Program-made: the position numbers and the translations under genes
Shown: in pieces, positions 1 to 13,973 of the stretch
Position numbering within the stretch: the first letter of the stretch is position 1
Layout: each line of letters starts with the position of its first letter
Notes under the pieces: model-generated
What the model saw: only the letters and a program-made list of their open reading frames with translations
What the model was told of the DNA's origin: nothing
Database searches by the model: none
Source: Adineta vaga
Taxonomy: Eukaryota; Animalia; Rotifera
NCBI GenBank assembly: GCA_021613535.1
Contig: CP075495.1
Location: forward strand, 434,001-498,000
Direction of reading: 5' to 3'
Length of the DNA stretch: 64,000 nt

Positions 1-305
1 CTACTTTTCATTTTTGAAAATTTCAAATTCCTCTTTTGTCACGAGGAATCTTATCATTCGTACAATGGTTTCAATGGACAGCAAAAATATATAAGCCAGA
101 AAAGAGAAGGATTTGTTGGCAAAGAAAATGATGTTAACTGAAAAGATAATGTCGTTTTCCTATAAGTTAGCATCATTCAGTTGGCACGCTAGTCCTTTTT
201 CTTCACAAATTTCACTTTCTGCTATTCATTTAAGTCATTTTATGAATGATAAAACGTTCTGTGTAGAGTACGGAAGAATTCTTCAAATTTTTCATATAAA
301 ACTAC

Positions 306-526
306 ATTTCTGATTTCTGCCTCTGCTAACCATTGAAGTTATTGCATAAATTATAAAAACTTTGAATAACAGAATTGAATAAATTTTAAAATTTTACATT
401 GAGACGTAGATTTCTGATTTCTGGTTCCCTATAACTTATTAGCGTTATTTAATAAACGATGAAAATTTTCAAAATACTAGAACTTTTTGTCAAAATTTCG
501 CATAGAAGAGTAAATTTCTGATTTCT
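306..526. repeat. Degenerate ~104-bp tandem repeat (probably intronic)
   Basis: ATTTCTGATTTCT recurs at 306, 410 and 514 (exact 104-nt spacing) with diverged intervening sequence. Confidence 0.6.
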
Positions 527-554
527 AATTCATCTGTTTGAAGTCATGTAATTT

Positions 555-620
555 AAAAATTTTCAAAAATTAAAATTTTCAAAAAATTAAATTTTCAAAA
601 AATTAAATTTTCAAAAATTT
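555..620. repeat. ~18-bp tandem minisatellite (AAATTTTCAAAAAATTA)n
   Basis: About 3.5 consecutive near-identical copies. Confidence 0.75.
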
Positions 621-1077
621 TGACATGCTATTTCGAAAATTTGTATTCATTTGATATTTGCCACTCCATGTTGAAATCAGAAGAAGACGCCTATGAAGGT
701 TCTCCCGTCAGTCATAGAGGAATTTAACAACGAATAATCAGCACTATCAAAAGATATCAAATGTCTATGTCCACCAATCTCGGATTGTGTCGTCTATGAT
801 AAATTGATTTGAGCTCAACTGTCATATCGTCGTAAACCGCAGTTAAATCTAATGTTTAACTTTCTATCTAAAAAAATTTTCAAGTTTTCTACAAAAAAAT
901 CATAACTTATAAGCAGAAAAGACACAGATACTAAGCAAATTAAAGTAAATAATTGAAAATTAGAGGTATACAAAAATGTATAGAATTTTTCCATTAAATC
1001 ATTGTGATACGCCGCGTATTCTATTTTAATATTTCTAATTCGAACTAATTCTTTTATTTGACTTTATTTTGATTTAG

Positions 1078-4000
1078 TTTAAACTTTTATCAAATCTTTG
1101 TTCATATTCTAAAGATACAATATCTCAAGTACAGAATGATCTTAACAATACAGAACTTGTCAGTGTTGATCTTATGTCTGAAGAAAAGATTCGAAATGAA
1201 ATCGATGCCATTGTTGAACTATTGAGGGACAATGTTGCCTCTCATATTCGTTCCTCCTTAACCTATTTAAAAATAATCAATCAAGCAAATTACTTAATTA
1301 CCTCTCTCAATACAAAAGTAATCATTTCATATGATAGTTCTATACGTGAAACTATCGGTCAATGGATAACTGATACTGATACTTCATTCGAATTAGAATG
1401 GAACACACCTGCTTGCATCGACATCGTTAAAATTCCAATTAGAAATGCTACTTTCATACGAACCACACCTCCTAGCCTAGTTTCGTTTGAACCTCTTCTT
1501 CATTTTGCAATTATCAACGGGTTCTTTGCAAGTTGCACCACACTTGAAGCACTTCTTCCAAGTACTCTCGATTGTTTATATGATATCAATTGTATTGAAT
1601 TATTGATCGAATACTTTCCATCACTCATTCAAGTATGTATCCATATCGATGTATTCCAACGTCAAAAACGACGTCTTAAACGATGTGAAACGACTAGAAA
1701 TTGCTTCTGTGATTGGAGTGGGTGGTGATCTTTTGAAGCAGTTTTTCACCTTTTGTGATATCGTAAGCCGTGCGTAAATTGAACGATACAGTCTGTGTGT
1801 GACCTGCGTGAGAAATATTTTTGATCATGATCACTAATGTTACACTATTTATAGAGTAGAGATGTGCGAGACCAAGTTTTCCCCATTGTTCTCGATCTGA
1901 ATCTCGACAAATCTGATATAGTTCTGGTCTTGGTCTCGATAGTTGTAGTTTTTTTGAATATCTGACTCGATAATCATAATTGAGACCAAAAGAAAAAATG
2001 TCGGAAGCAAAAATGAGTGATGATGAGGTAGATTTCTGCTTCCATACATTTCCATTTCAAGATATTTGTTTTCCGATATTTCCATTGATCAGTTTACTCC
2101 TTCCCTCGATCGTGTAAATGATAAGAGAAAAATTCAATCACTTTTAGAATCTTCAATTCTCTCTTTAAAATATGTCCCTTTTCGTAATGTTATGTTGGCA
2201 ATACGACATACTACTGCTTTTTTTTCTTGAATGTATCTCATTTAAAACTTTTTATGCAAAAAAAGTAACCATTAAGTACTTAATAACAGTTTTGTTTATA
2301 TGGTATGGTATGTTATTCTTATCTAGATGCAATTGAATTGGACCAATTATGTTCTACCTGAAAAACAAGAACATCTATCCTTAGAAGATCATTTACTTAA
2401 ATTTTTCGTTCAAGAATCGTTAATCCAAATTAAGTATTTCGATTACTTTAATGAATGTGCTCCCGTATCGTTGATGTACACTGTCACAGCACAAATCAAC
2501 GTTTCATATGGACTTACTATGTTAATTAGTTTTTATGGTAGTCTCATTATTGTACTTCGTTTTATTACACCAATAATAACGAATCTCATATTGAAGTTGA
2601 AATTCTATTTGACAAACAATCATTTGAATAGAGGTAATTTGTTTTGAATATTATCAAAATAAAGTCATTCTAATTTGTAATTTATGTAGGATATTCTGAG
2701 AATTCTGGAATATTTTTACACAAATTTCGGTCGTGGATAATAAAGTTGAATTTATTTAAAGAAAAAGAAGCTCGAACAGAAAATGATATAAAAAAACAAA
2801 AGATTATTACATATGCCTATTTGATCCTGATGATCGGTATGTTTAATTCTTTTTTTGTCCCTGAAACCTACATCCAAGATAGGTTTTTTCGTTGACCTTC
2901 TGTTAAAAAAAAGATTTTAAATTATGTTATGAGCGATTTGAGTTGCAGTTCAATAAGATTTCGATTCAAGGAAAAGGTGACCTTGCTCCTACCTTAATCA
3001 TTTTCTATGAACGTAAATTCTTAGTTATCATAGATATTCTAATTTGGAATAGTCATTCAGTTAAAGATACCATTGAATTTTGTAAACCGCAGTTTCTTTT
3101 CTTTGTATTACTAGGTGCCATGATTATTGTTCTTCTCTTCACTTCTCAAAGTAGTGAAACGACTATGATAACAAAAGAAAATCCTTCGTTTACTATGTAC
3201 AAAGAATTGCAAGCGTCATATTCGAAAACGTTGACATGTCCCTGTTCTAGCATTAAAATACTTCATCATACATTCATTTCGTTGACTCCAAGATTACATG
3301 AAGTGTGTTTAAGTGATTTTCTTAGTGATCGTTGGATTTCAATCTTGAAAATAGTCAAATCAACTCGAGTACCTACAGACTGGCGTAGTAACGCTTTCTC
3401 ACAGTTTCAGTTATTGTCAAGTATTTGTCAACTAGCTGATCAAACGATCGAAAATGCTATTACTCACTTTATCAATCAATCTTTTATCAGTTCAAGTGTA
3501 CTCAATGAAAGTGATTTTGATATTCAATTAAATTCAACGCTCAAACAACTCTATCAATCAACAATCATCTATTTTCATCTACTGACTGACACAGCTCAAC
3601 TTTTTTTAAAAGTCGACCAGCCGTATGCTGTAATACCACGAAAGAATACTGAGAATAACATTAATTTTAATCCAAATCTTGTCGAAAGTATCGTCACGAA
3701 TGAAATGAATAACGAAACATTACTAGAGGTATGTCTGTTTTTGAGATGATAAAGAGGGGGAGTCGTTAGGCCACAATACTGAATTTGTCAACCGACTAAA
3801 AATGATTATTCTCAAAATTGAACATGAATGCTCGGATTCGGTGTATATCTATTCACATCCTCAAATTGTTTTAGGCTATGAAGACCTAAAAGGAAGTTTC
3901 GTAAATACGATAAATCTTTATATTATACAAATAATCGAAGAAAAATTCGAAAGAAATTAATTTACAGTATGTAGATTACAATACTACGGATATTATGTGA

Positions 4001-7000
4001 ATATTTCTAAGTATGAAACTACCAAATATTATACTGAGCATCTGATTACTGGGATAGGTAGAAAAGTCCATCTGTTTTGATCAAAAATTTACAGAGGAAG
4101 CATTGCACCCTCATGTCCCACCTCGGCGGTTACGCTATTCTAGTTCTACATGACAAAAGTGATTTTTTTTACTATTCATTGATACACAAACATAGTTTTT
4201 TGCTTTGTTTTTTAGCTGGGTTTTCGTTTTACTAACAATTACGATTTCAATTCCGCATCAATCATTTGCGTTTGTGCTACGAATCCCAATTGTCATAGTG
4301 CAGCTGCTATTTACGATGTTTCTGTTGACCATGAGAATCCAATAATCAAAATCGATTTCATAGTACCTGGCTGGAATGCAGGTTGTTTTGTTACTGATTT
4401 TCTTTCGTTCTCAACACTTGAATGTTTCTATTCGTATTCAACTTGTTTATCAACTCTCAATTATCACATAAAAGAAATATACTTTAAAACTGAGCCAAAT
4501 CCATCATGGTTTGATGTTCGCCCTCTCGTTTACAATCGAATGTTAAGTCATTTTCCTCCAAACACAACAATTGCAAAGATAATTAAAGATATGATGGTTG
4601 AAACATGGAATCCATCATTTTCATACAATCATTATTACAAAGCATGTGCACCAAGTTACTGTACTTATTCTCGTGTAATTCGTACAAACGGTATTATCGA
4701 TGTGTTTTTGAAACTGATGTCTACGATCGGTGGAATTTCTGTCTCATTACGTTTCATCACGCCTAAACTGATCGAATTTGTTGATGCTTTATCGAAGTTT
4801 AAGTTTAGACGACGACGACAACAACAACAAGAACAAGGTAATTCTAAATATGTTAACAGTATCTTTCAAGAGAAGATTTTACAGTAAAATTAAGCTATAA
4901 AAATACTGGCAACTCAATGAAAATGATCAAAATTTTGAGTATCTCAGTTGAATATTATCATAGATAAAAGTAGATCTTCTTATTTCTTATTTATTTGACA
5001 AGCATTTACTTCATAAGAATAAAATTTATCACGTTTTTTATTTTTTGTGTACAGTTCGTTTAGGATTGTACGACAGATTGAAAATGATTGTACGGCGTTT
5101 GACCACGTTAGTGTATACCACTGTCGTTAATTTAAACATCTTCCTTCTGCGAGATTTTCGAAGTAATATTGATCGAATGACAGCTAATCGACTTGGTAAA
5201 TGGGCTACTCGTCTGTACATCGTTTTGTTCACCGTCGGTCTTGCTAATCTCGCATTATATACCACAATTCATCCTCGACTTTTAACGAAAAATTTTGATA
5301 AACCATCTCTCAATCTATATAATCGTCTTGTACATGTTTATAAAGATCAATTGGAATGTCCATGTTCACGGATTGCACCTACATACAATAAATATGTTGA
5401 CATTCAACCAATATTTCATGAGGTAAGAAATTATTATATTGAGGATCCCACCTCGGAGTCTAAATACTTTCTGAATATTTTCAAGCGAAGTTTCCCCTAA
5501 ATTTTATTTCGTTTCTCCATGTAAACTATATGTTATAGAAGAACACATTGAACAGTAACATCCAAAAACATACTTTCTATTCGTTCAGACCGACATTTGT
5601 TTTCGATTTCTTTTTCTTTTTTCTTGATTATAGATTTGTTCCAGTCCATTTGCTTCAGATGAATGGAGACAAAATGTCACAATTAATCTTATTCCGGACT
5701 TATCTCTTTACGATTTATACGACTATCGCCGTTTTCTCTCGGCTCATTTGCAATTTCTTTCTGGTTTATGTAAGCTTTCGACTGAATTAATCCAAAACTC
5801 TGTCAATCAATTTCTATCGTCAGTACTTGTCACTCGACGACTTCTATCAGAAAAAGATTTTCGCACACGTCTTCATGTACAGATTGAACAAAGCAAATCC
5901 AATGGTCCTACTACATTTAGTAATCTTTTCTTCTTAATTCGAAGTTTATATTATGGAAATAATCTAATGTCCACTTATGGAACAAATTTTCAGTATTTTA
6001 AACTTTCAGAATCATTTGAGAATTTTGCATCGATTCGAACTATGATTTATGACAATAATTGTAGCTGTGGATTGCATTCAAATTGTACAAGTCAAGCAAG
6101 TTTTCTCATAACAAATTCTTCTGATCCTATTGAAATCAAAGGTTTGAAAATCGGATGCACACCAAGTGAATCATTTCTTGCATCAACTCTCGAATGTTTC
6201 TATGATATTTCATGTATTAATCTTATTCAAGAATATACGAATTATACAAACAAAGTAAATGTTACAACTATTCCTATTCCTCATCTCTCTGCAATGATCA
6301 ATCAATCATCGGTCAATCTTACTATAGCTGAACTTGTCAACAATCTGTTCATTGAAAATTGGACAACGACAATGAATTATTCATCCTATTTTGAACAATG
6401 TTCTCCTTTGTTGTGTTCATATACCTACTTACAAAAATTCAACTCTTTGTACACAATTACTCTTCTGTGTGGTTTACAAGGTGGTCTCACTATTGTTCTC
6501 AAATGGATTTCTCCTAAAATAATTCAATATTTAACAATAGTATATCAACATCATCAGAAGAGAAAGAGACGTATTCAACCTGTCTCCACTATCGAAATGA
6601 TGTCTACCGAGAGTGTTGCTGCAGTTGATTCCACATTGATATCTACTGGCACAACATCTCTGTATGTCAATCTTTATTTTCATTTTATTTCTAATGTACA
6701 ATTGTTTTCTATAGAACGAATTTTCCAGTACGATGTTCTTTCAAACTTATTTTGAAATGTCTATTACTATTGATTTTATTGACAAGTCTCATTATATTTT
6801 CTATTTACTTTCTACGACAAACAAATAATCAAGATGATCTAACAAGTATGAGAATTGTTGAGCATCTTGAGGGTGTGGGTGTGGGTGTTCACAGAAGTTT
6901 TCTTTTGGGGAAATCTAAACATATCTTTTGAAACTCTTTACTATAGCTCTCTGGATGAATACGACTATCAATGCAAGTTCAAATACAACAACAACTACTA

Positions 7001-8337
7001 CGGAAAACAAAACAACGCCGACTGCAACTATGACAACCTGTTTTTCAACGAGTGCGTAGATTAAAAATACTTCTTTTCTCGCTTATCATCTTTCTAGTCA
7101 ATGGGAGAACCAAATCGAAAGTTAACGAGGAAATATTATAATTAGACATCATTCTTTTCCCAAATGTATTTAACTTGAACAATGAAAATAACGTCGTTGT
7201 TTTTTCTTCTTAGCATCAAGTTGTCAATTAAATTTTCAATCGATATCAATCGATGTACCTTGCGAATCAGAGTCAAACGTTGTTAGCGATTTCAACGGTG
7301 ACAGTCGATTAGATATCGCTTTCTGTTGTACTCAAGATAATAGCGTCAATATTCTGCTTGGAGATGACAATGCAACGTTCAGAATACTGATGAGACATTT
7401 TTTAACTGATCGAATACATCCGCAAGCCATTACCGTTGGTGACTTTGACAATGACAGTAAACTGGATGTTACCGTTATTAATCAGCAGAACGATGGTGTG
7501 GTTGTAGTCTTTGGCAACGGTGACGGAAGCTTCACAGCATTAGTAGAGCTTTCAACAAACAACGATATTAATCAAATTGGAATTATTGTTGCTGATTTCA
7601 ACAATGACACTTATTTGGATATTGCGAGTATTGGTATGAAAAGCGTTAACGTATTTCTTGGAAATGGTGACAGAACGTTTGCAATACCAATGTCATTTTC
7701 GATTGGAACGGGTATTCCGTCATCATCATTTGCCGCCGGTGCCTTCAACAGTGACAAATACTTAGACATAGCTTTTGCGGATTCTTACAAACATCAAATT
7801 GGCCTATTATTTGGATACGGCAATGGATCTTTTGCAGCACGAAAGACGTTCTTTATCTTAGGTGCTATGTCTCCAGATGAAATGAATATCGGTGATATGA
7901 ATGGCGACACGTATGTAGACGTTGTTATCTTTAGTCCGCTACAAAACACTATTATCATGATGCACGGATCCGAAGATGGGACTTTGGGTGCACAGAAGAA
8001 TTGTATCCTAAGTGATGAATCTCAACATCAAACAACAATTACTATTACTGATGTCAATGGTGATGATCACCTGGACGTCGTTCTCGGTAGAATGATGCCA
8101 CACGGCGTAATTGTGTTACTTGGACAAGGAAATGGACGTTTCGAAGAGCAAACGATATTTACGACTGATGAATGGAAAAATCTACCATTGAAAATTAGTA
8201 TTGCGGATTTAAATAATGATGGTTGTCAAGATATAATCGGTACGAATAGCTTTACAACTATTGTGTATATTCTTTTGAATACATGTCAATGCTGCGTGCC
8301 AAAGATTCTTGAAAGAACCTCTTCTGTAGGTCAATGA
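1078..8337 (+). CDS. 5'-partial large multi-pass membrane protein: three repeated Cys-rich TM-flanked modules + extra TM + Thr-rich stalk + 7 FG-GAP/VCBS repeats
   Basis: Manually spliced in-frame GT-AG exons 1078-1632, 2327-2633, 2690-2836, 3115-3728, 4216-4837, 5055-5422, 5634-6661, 6715-6845, 6947-7051, 7214-8337. Recurrent motifs LxCPCS, STL(D/E)C(L/F)Y and YxxxCxPxxxxY followed by a TM helix. Last exon has 7 DxNxDxxxD repeats. Start codon lies upstream of the identifiable exons. Confidence 0.85.
6867..6889 (+). repeat. Telomere-like arm TTGAGGGTGTGGGTGTGGGTGTT (intronic)
   Basis: Direct read; reverse complement occurs at 9034-9056. Confidence 0.7.
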
Positions 8338-8994
8338 TTCCTATGACACTTTCTTCGACGAAGTTCTTATCTCTACTTTCAAGAAAAATCGCATAAGATT
8401 TCTTCTAAAAGGTGCATCTTCAATTTCTTTTCATATATATTCATGAGAAAATGTGTGATTTTGAGCAATTCCTCTGCTTATACCTTTTATTTCTATTGTC
8501 TTATCAAGCTTCTTCTGCTCTTTGTTTTTTCTGATCTGCTTGTCTGCTAATATTTTCAAAATACAGTGCAATACATAAATACTGCCTTCAAGTCTATGGG
8601 TAAAATAATCATCTCAATTTTCTCTAACTATTAATCACATGGACACTCTCAGTGAATATGGGTAAGAGATGAGGATTTAAAATAATCATAAGAGTGCACA
8701 ATCATGCTCTATCTAAATACCGTAAGAATGATGCGTGGCAGCTGCTGGAGGTATCTGACGGATTTCTTCTCGGATTACTCTAGCACACTTGAAAGCCAAT
8801 GAAAACTTATAAAAATCTTCTATCGGAGATAGTGAGGAGGTTTATATGTGGTGTTGAGGGTATGTCATACGTTATGGATTCGTATCCAGAGTGGTCTGCG
8901 GTACTGGCTCAGGTGTTTTGCATAAAAATTAGTTCAGTCTAAGGAAGAAAGTGCTGTAGAAAACCCTCCTAGTTTTAATAATGGGTTCTGCACC

Positions 8995-9056
8995 TTAAGA
9001 GTGTGGGTGAGCAGTGAAAGAGAGACCATACCCAACACCCACACCCACACCCTCAA
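8995..9056. repeat. Mini element with inverted telomere-like arms
   Basis: TTAAGAGTGTGGGTG ... CACCCACACCCACACCCTCAA; related paired-arm copies at 24714-24764, 49354-49443 and 57430-57474. Confidence 0.65.
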
Positions 9057-9312
9057 ATTCACTTAAAATTTCTCAGCTTTCAGAAGAAACACTGGTCTGT
9101 TTTAAGAAGGATACCCGGGGTAACGGTATTATGGCATCACTCACGTTTCGAAGAAAAAGTTCAATAGACAACACGTTCAAATAAAATAATTATCGGAAAA
9201 TAAAAATCAATTAGAAAAACATCGAAATGATTGAATCAATGATATTGAAGATATTATATCTTATAGAAAAGTTCCTATTCGTACTCTTGTTCGAATTCAA
9301 TTATGATCTCTA

Positions 9313-10450
9313 TTAAATATTTTCTGAAGATAAAAGTCTAATTTTATCACCTGGATAAAATAAATTAATATATAATATCCACGGTAATTTTCCATATGAA
9401 TATGTTCCATGATCAACAGACATACGATATTCTTTTCCTGTACGATCATTTTGTAATGTTAATGTTGCATCTTCACAATTAATAATTAAAGTAATAATAT
9501 CATTTGTTATATAAAATTGTTCATAAGTTTCATTATAATATTGATTTGATGAAACTCCACTATTATAATGTTGACCAAAGACTGCAATTTTATTATTACC
9601 AAACCAACCTGATGCTCGTGTTGTCGCACAATTTGTGAAACCAATATTATCAAAATTATAACCTGGACAAGAAATACTATCACCACTAATAGATTGAATA
9701 CCAATAAATAATTCTCTATTGAGATACATTCGTTCAATTTGTATTCGTATACGATGAATACCAACAGTTCTTAAGATTGTACCACGAACCGAAGCACCAT
9801 TTCCATATTGTGCTGTATGACCTCTTTCTGCTACTTGACTATTGCTTGTAACCTGAATATTTCCTATAGCACTGCCTAATTTATCCGATGATATTTCTGT
9901 AAATGATGTGCTTGTTGTAGGTCTTTGAGTAGTAGTTGTTGGAATAGCTGCAACGAGAAAATATAGATGATTCTATACATATGAAAATTACGAATACAAA
10001 ACTAACCTGAACATGGTTGATTAAATGTAAATTGATTATTTGGACAAAAACATATATAACCAGGTGGATTTGCTGTTGGAGTTTCTTTACATAAGATATC
10101 TTCACCTGAACCACATATATTTGGTCGATCACAATATCCTAAAAACCAGTGATTATCATGTTTTTATCTTCATATGAATCGATTATACATACGGCATCGT
10201 GTATTCATCAAATATTGTCCATCAGGACATGTACATATCGTTAATTCACTTAATCCAATTGTATAACATGTATAATTTGTCTGAGCATTGAATTGATTAT
10301 CTAATTCACAAATAGAACATTCTAAAATATAAATCTAATAGAAATGATTATAACAATATCAAGTTTTATCTTACCTTGTTTTGTATTAATAGTTAGACAA
10401 GATATAATTTGAAATCCAACAATGACAATAATTAATGATAACATCTTCAT
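9313..10450 (-). CDS. Secreted protein: signal peptide, two EGF-like Cys modules, Thr-rich linker, SPRY/B30.2-like C-terminal domain
   Basis: Exons 10450-10375, 10321-10193, 10138-10007, 9947-9313 splice in frame (all phase 1). Sequence: MKMLSLIIVIVGFQIISC..., CTCPDG, CFCPNN, PTTTTQRPTTST, then VRG..GIHRIRIQIE..FIGI..GW..NDIITLIINCED..LPWILYINLF. The SPRY-like call is from recall of the pattern. Confidence 0.75.
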
Positions 10451-10650
10451 TTTTCGAATCAACTAACTTATTGAGAAATGAATAAGATACTGATGATTAT
10501 ATATCACTCTAAAATCTCCGAAAAAACTATATGTTATCATAGTCTATTCTTTTCTCCGACAATCTGTCATTTTTATTGACTTATGATATCATAGTGTTAC
10601 TTTATCCCTGAAAAACGAACACATTTTCATATCACCGAAATACAAATGAG

Positions 10651-10766
10651 ACTTTAAGAGACTTGAAATTACTTGATGCGACTTTTACTATACTTGGAGC
10701 TACTTCTAACTACTTCTTTGTACTTCAAGTTACTTTTGAACTTTCATATACTTTTGTACTTGAAGT
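10651..10766. repeat. ACTT/TACTT array with ~10-bp periodicity
   Basis: ACTT at 10651, 10661, 10671, 10681, 10692, 10702, 10712, 10722, 10732, 10740, 10750 and 10758. Confidence 0.6.
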
Positions 10767-11333
10767 CCACCGTTTCTCCCTTGTCTTAGGTTGATGTTTT
10801 ATCGAATATTTTTAGTCGTGAAAAATGCTAAATACTCTTTGGACCAGAAGTATAACAATATTTTTTTTTATTAAATTTCATCTTTGTACAGTGAAGTCAT
10901 ATTTGACCTCGTTTGATAATATTAGGATTAATATCGAATCATCACCACAGATTTCAGAAAAGTGGAGTTATCGAACATCCTAATTTAATTATACTAGAAA
11001 TTTAAGGTTAAATTGAAAGACTATACTCACACCCTCAGCGGTGCTATGATTTGCATCGAACTACAGTGTCATCAAGATCATCCACAGGATATCTTACTAA
11101 CACGAATTATTATTCTTATTTGCTGCGTTTCGGCTAGAGTTATCAGTTTTATTATAAGTCTTTCATGTGCCAATCGATTCAATTCACGATATATTGTATA
11201 TGTCATTGTAACGGGTTTACCTTTGTATCATCTTCGTTATAAACATACGCACACCCTCAAAGAAGGATTCAAATTTTAAAATTAATTTATCATCTATAAA
11301 TATTTATCGATCACAACAATCCTATGAAAAAAA

Positions 11334-13015
11334 TTAAGATACATTCAATATACTTTTTAAATCATTAATTGATTGATAAACTAAAACTAAATCAGGATGA
11401 TATTGACGTAATACATTTACACATATAAGTCGAGCTTTTTCAAGATAATTTGCTGCTTTATTTAGATCACCCATAGCAAGATAAGTTAATCCGATCAGAT
11501 ATTTACATTTACCTATATCCCGTTATTTAACATTGTCATGAAAGAGACGTTGATACATATGATGAGCTTGAAAAAATAAATCAAGTGCGTCTTTATAATT
11601 ATCCAATGCCAATAAAATTTCCGCTCTATTCTTTATTGTATAAGCTAAATATGTATGATCCAATGTTTGTGGAAATATTTTTTAAATCAAATTTATTGCC
11701 TTTTGGTAATATTCTTCTGCTTCAACAAAATTCTTAAGTCGATAGAATGCTTTACCAATATTATTTAAAACAATAATATGTCTTTCAGAAGAATCAGTCG
11801 ATGATCGTTGATTAATATCAGCTGCTCGAAGAAATTTTTCAAGTGCTTCTTGATATTTACCTTTTTTTATAATACTGTTTGTCGATATTATTTTCAGTTG
11901 CATAAGTATTCGGATGATCTAGAGGAAGAAGTTTTTTATCGATTTGTTCACTTTTTAATAAACAAATGAGTGCTGCTTCATAATCACCATTATGATAATG
12001 TGCAAATGCAAGATGATCTGAACTTGCTTCATCATTTCCTTGATCAAAATAAACAAGTCCAAGATTAATCAATATTTGAGCTATACTTTTGTTCATCAGC
12101 TCGTTTATAAAATTCCAAAGCTTCATTACCAAATACAATAGCTTGATTAAAATTGTTAATATCATGATATAATCTTAATGTTGAACAACAAATATCAGCT
12201 ACAAGAGCATTTGATTCATTTTCTTTATCCATAGTTAAATTATAAGCTTGAGAAAATTCGACCGAGACCAAAATAAATATATGGATTATTTGGATATTGT
12301 TGTAAATAATTTTGACATTTAAACCATTGACCCATTTCAAATAATAAATCACTAAATGTTATTTGAATATTATCACAATTATCTAATTGTTTTTGTTTAA
12401 ATTCAAGATATTCTTTAGCGATAGTATCGACCTTCATCATAGTTGCAAATATTGAACATTTCCAATAATGTTCTTCATGAATATATATCATTGATTTAAT
12501 TTTGAATACAGTACTTAAATCAAATAATACTTCATCTTCATTTGATGTATATTCATATTCAATATTTTCTAATTCTTTTTTATTATCACGATAATAAAAA
12601 CGACATCTATTGAGTATTTGTTGAATTAATTGTTTAAATAATTGAAAAAAAAGAAATGAACCTGATTCATCAGTTAAATTTCGTGTGGATTTTTGTTTAT
12701 TTGGATTATAAAGAGAAAATAATGTTGTCGATTGTTTATGAATTTGTTCAATTTTATGAGTAATACTTTATTTTAAATTTGTTTGTTCATCAAAAATATG
12801 AATTAATTTTGGAAATTGTTTATTTGATAAATATTGAATCAATTTGTTCTATTTTATGCATTTGTATAAGAAGATCATGTGATGTACATGAATCAGCTAT
12901 AATAAGAATAATTGATTCTATATAAGATAAACATTCGAATTGATTAGAAAATAAAAGAACATAATCATTTAATTGTCGTAATATTTATTTTCTTCTTAAT
13001 AATTCAAGTAGCCAT
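11334..13015 (-). pseudogene. ADP-ribosyltransferase-TPR pseudogene (catalytic core deleted, stop and frameshifts)
   Basis: Recognisable segments LRQLNDYVLLF, STRNLTDESGSFLFFQLF, YYRDNKKELENIE, NEDEVLFDLSTVFKI and several TPR pieces (NNIGKAFY, NLGLVYFDQG) in shifting frames. In-frame TAA at 12768-12770. Confidence 0.8.
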
Positions 13016-13973
13016 GAATAACAGAAGATAGAAAAAAGGAAAAGAATTCAAGAATGATAAATAACGCATCGCTTGTGTTAACATTTCTTCCAAGTTTGAT
13101 AAGTTTTTTCTCTGAATAATATAATTTTATATCTGCAAGGTATGATTTGATCAAGTTACATATACACGATAAATGTAAAAACTTCGAATTTTATCTAAGA
13201 GTTGAGAAAGAGAGATGAATCATTCTCAAATGTCTGAAAATCAAAATTATCATGAGAAATCTTTTCAATATGCAAAATTTAAGATCGCACTTATGGATGC
13301 CATCTGTTCACGCTTAGAATGAGGATACAGTACTGTTCTAAATGGAGTACGTTGATGCGAGATACACAATTTTTTCATGAGTAACAAGTACTAACAATGA
13401 TAAATCACTTTTAATGTAATTAAAAAGATTATTTCCGATCTTTTTCTCTGCTTTGAGAATATTATTCAAATTTCAGTTCTAATTGAGATTGTGAAAAAGA
13501 ATGGAAATCTTTACATTTCATCTTACTATTTAATTGTACCTTTAATTCTGTGGTAATAAGTACTTCAGTTGATATCGAGTTTTATATCATTATAGAATTG
13601 ACACTTCGTATTTCTATACAAATGAGTATGTCGACTACAAACAATAAATCTATTCATTTTAACCAAAAATGATTTTAATTTTGTGCAAAGAAAAATAGTT
13701 CAAATGGCAATCATGGTTCAATTACTCAAGGCGCTAAAAATGAAGAAAAACACAGATCAATGAAAAAGCTTTAAATCGAGAGATTTATTCATTAACATTT
13801 ATCACTGTCGAGAAATTGTAGAAATCATTGGTAAGATCGATTGATTTATTTTTCCATCCATCGTACATTCTCGAGATTCGATATGGACGAAAAACATTGT
13901 AAACAGGCGATATCTTTTTTACACAATCGAGGACATAAACATTACATTCTTTCATTTGCCTCTGTCATGATCG

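Noticed and set aside
113-313. 66-aa ORF, and other short ORFs such as 1849-2085, 11013-11279, 15676-15876, 28825-29040, 32802-32996 and 44748-44948
   Set aside because: No motifs or splice support; they lie in introns, repeats or AT-rich intergenic DNA.
10651-10766. CRISPR-like repeat-spacer interpretation of the periodic arrays
   Set aside because: Repeat core is only 4-5 nt, spacers ~6 nt, no cas genes, and the context is eukaryotic.
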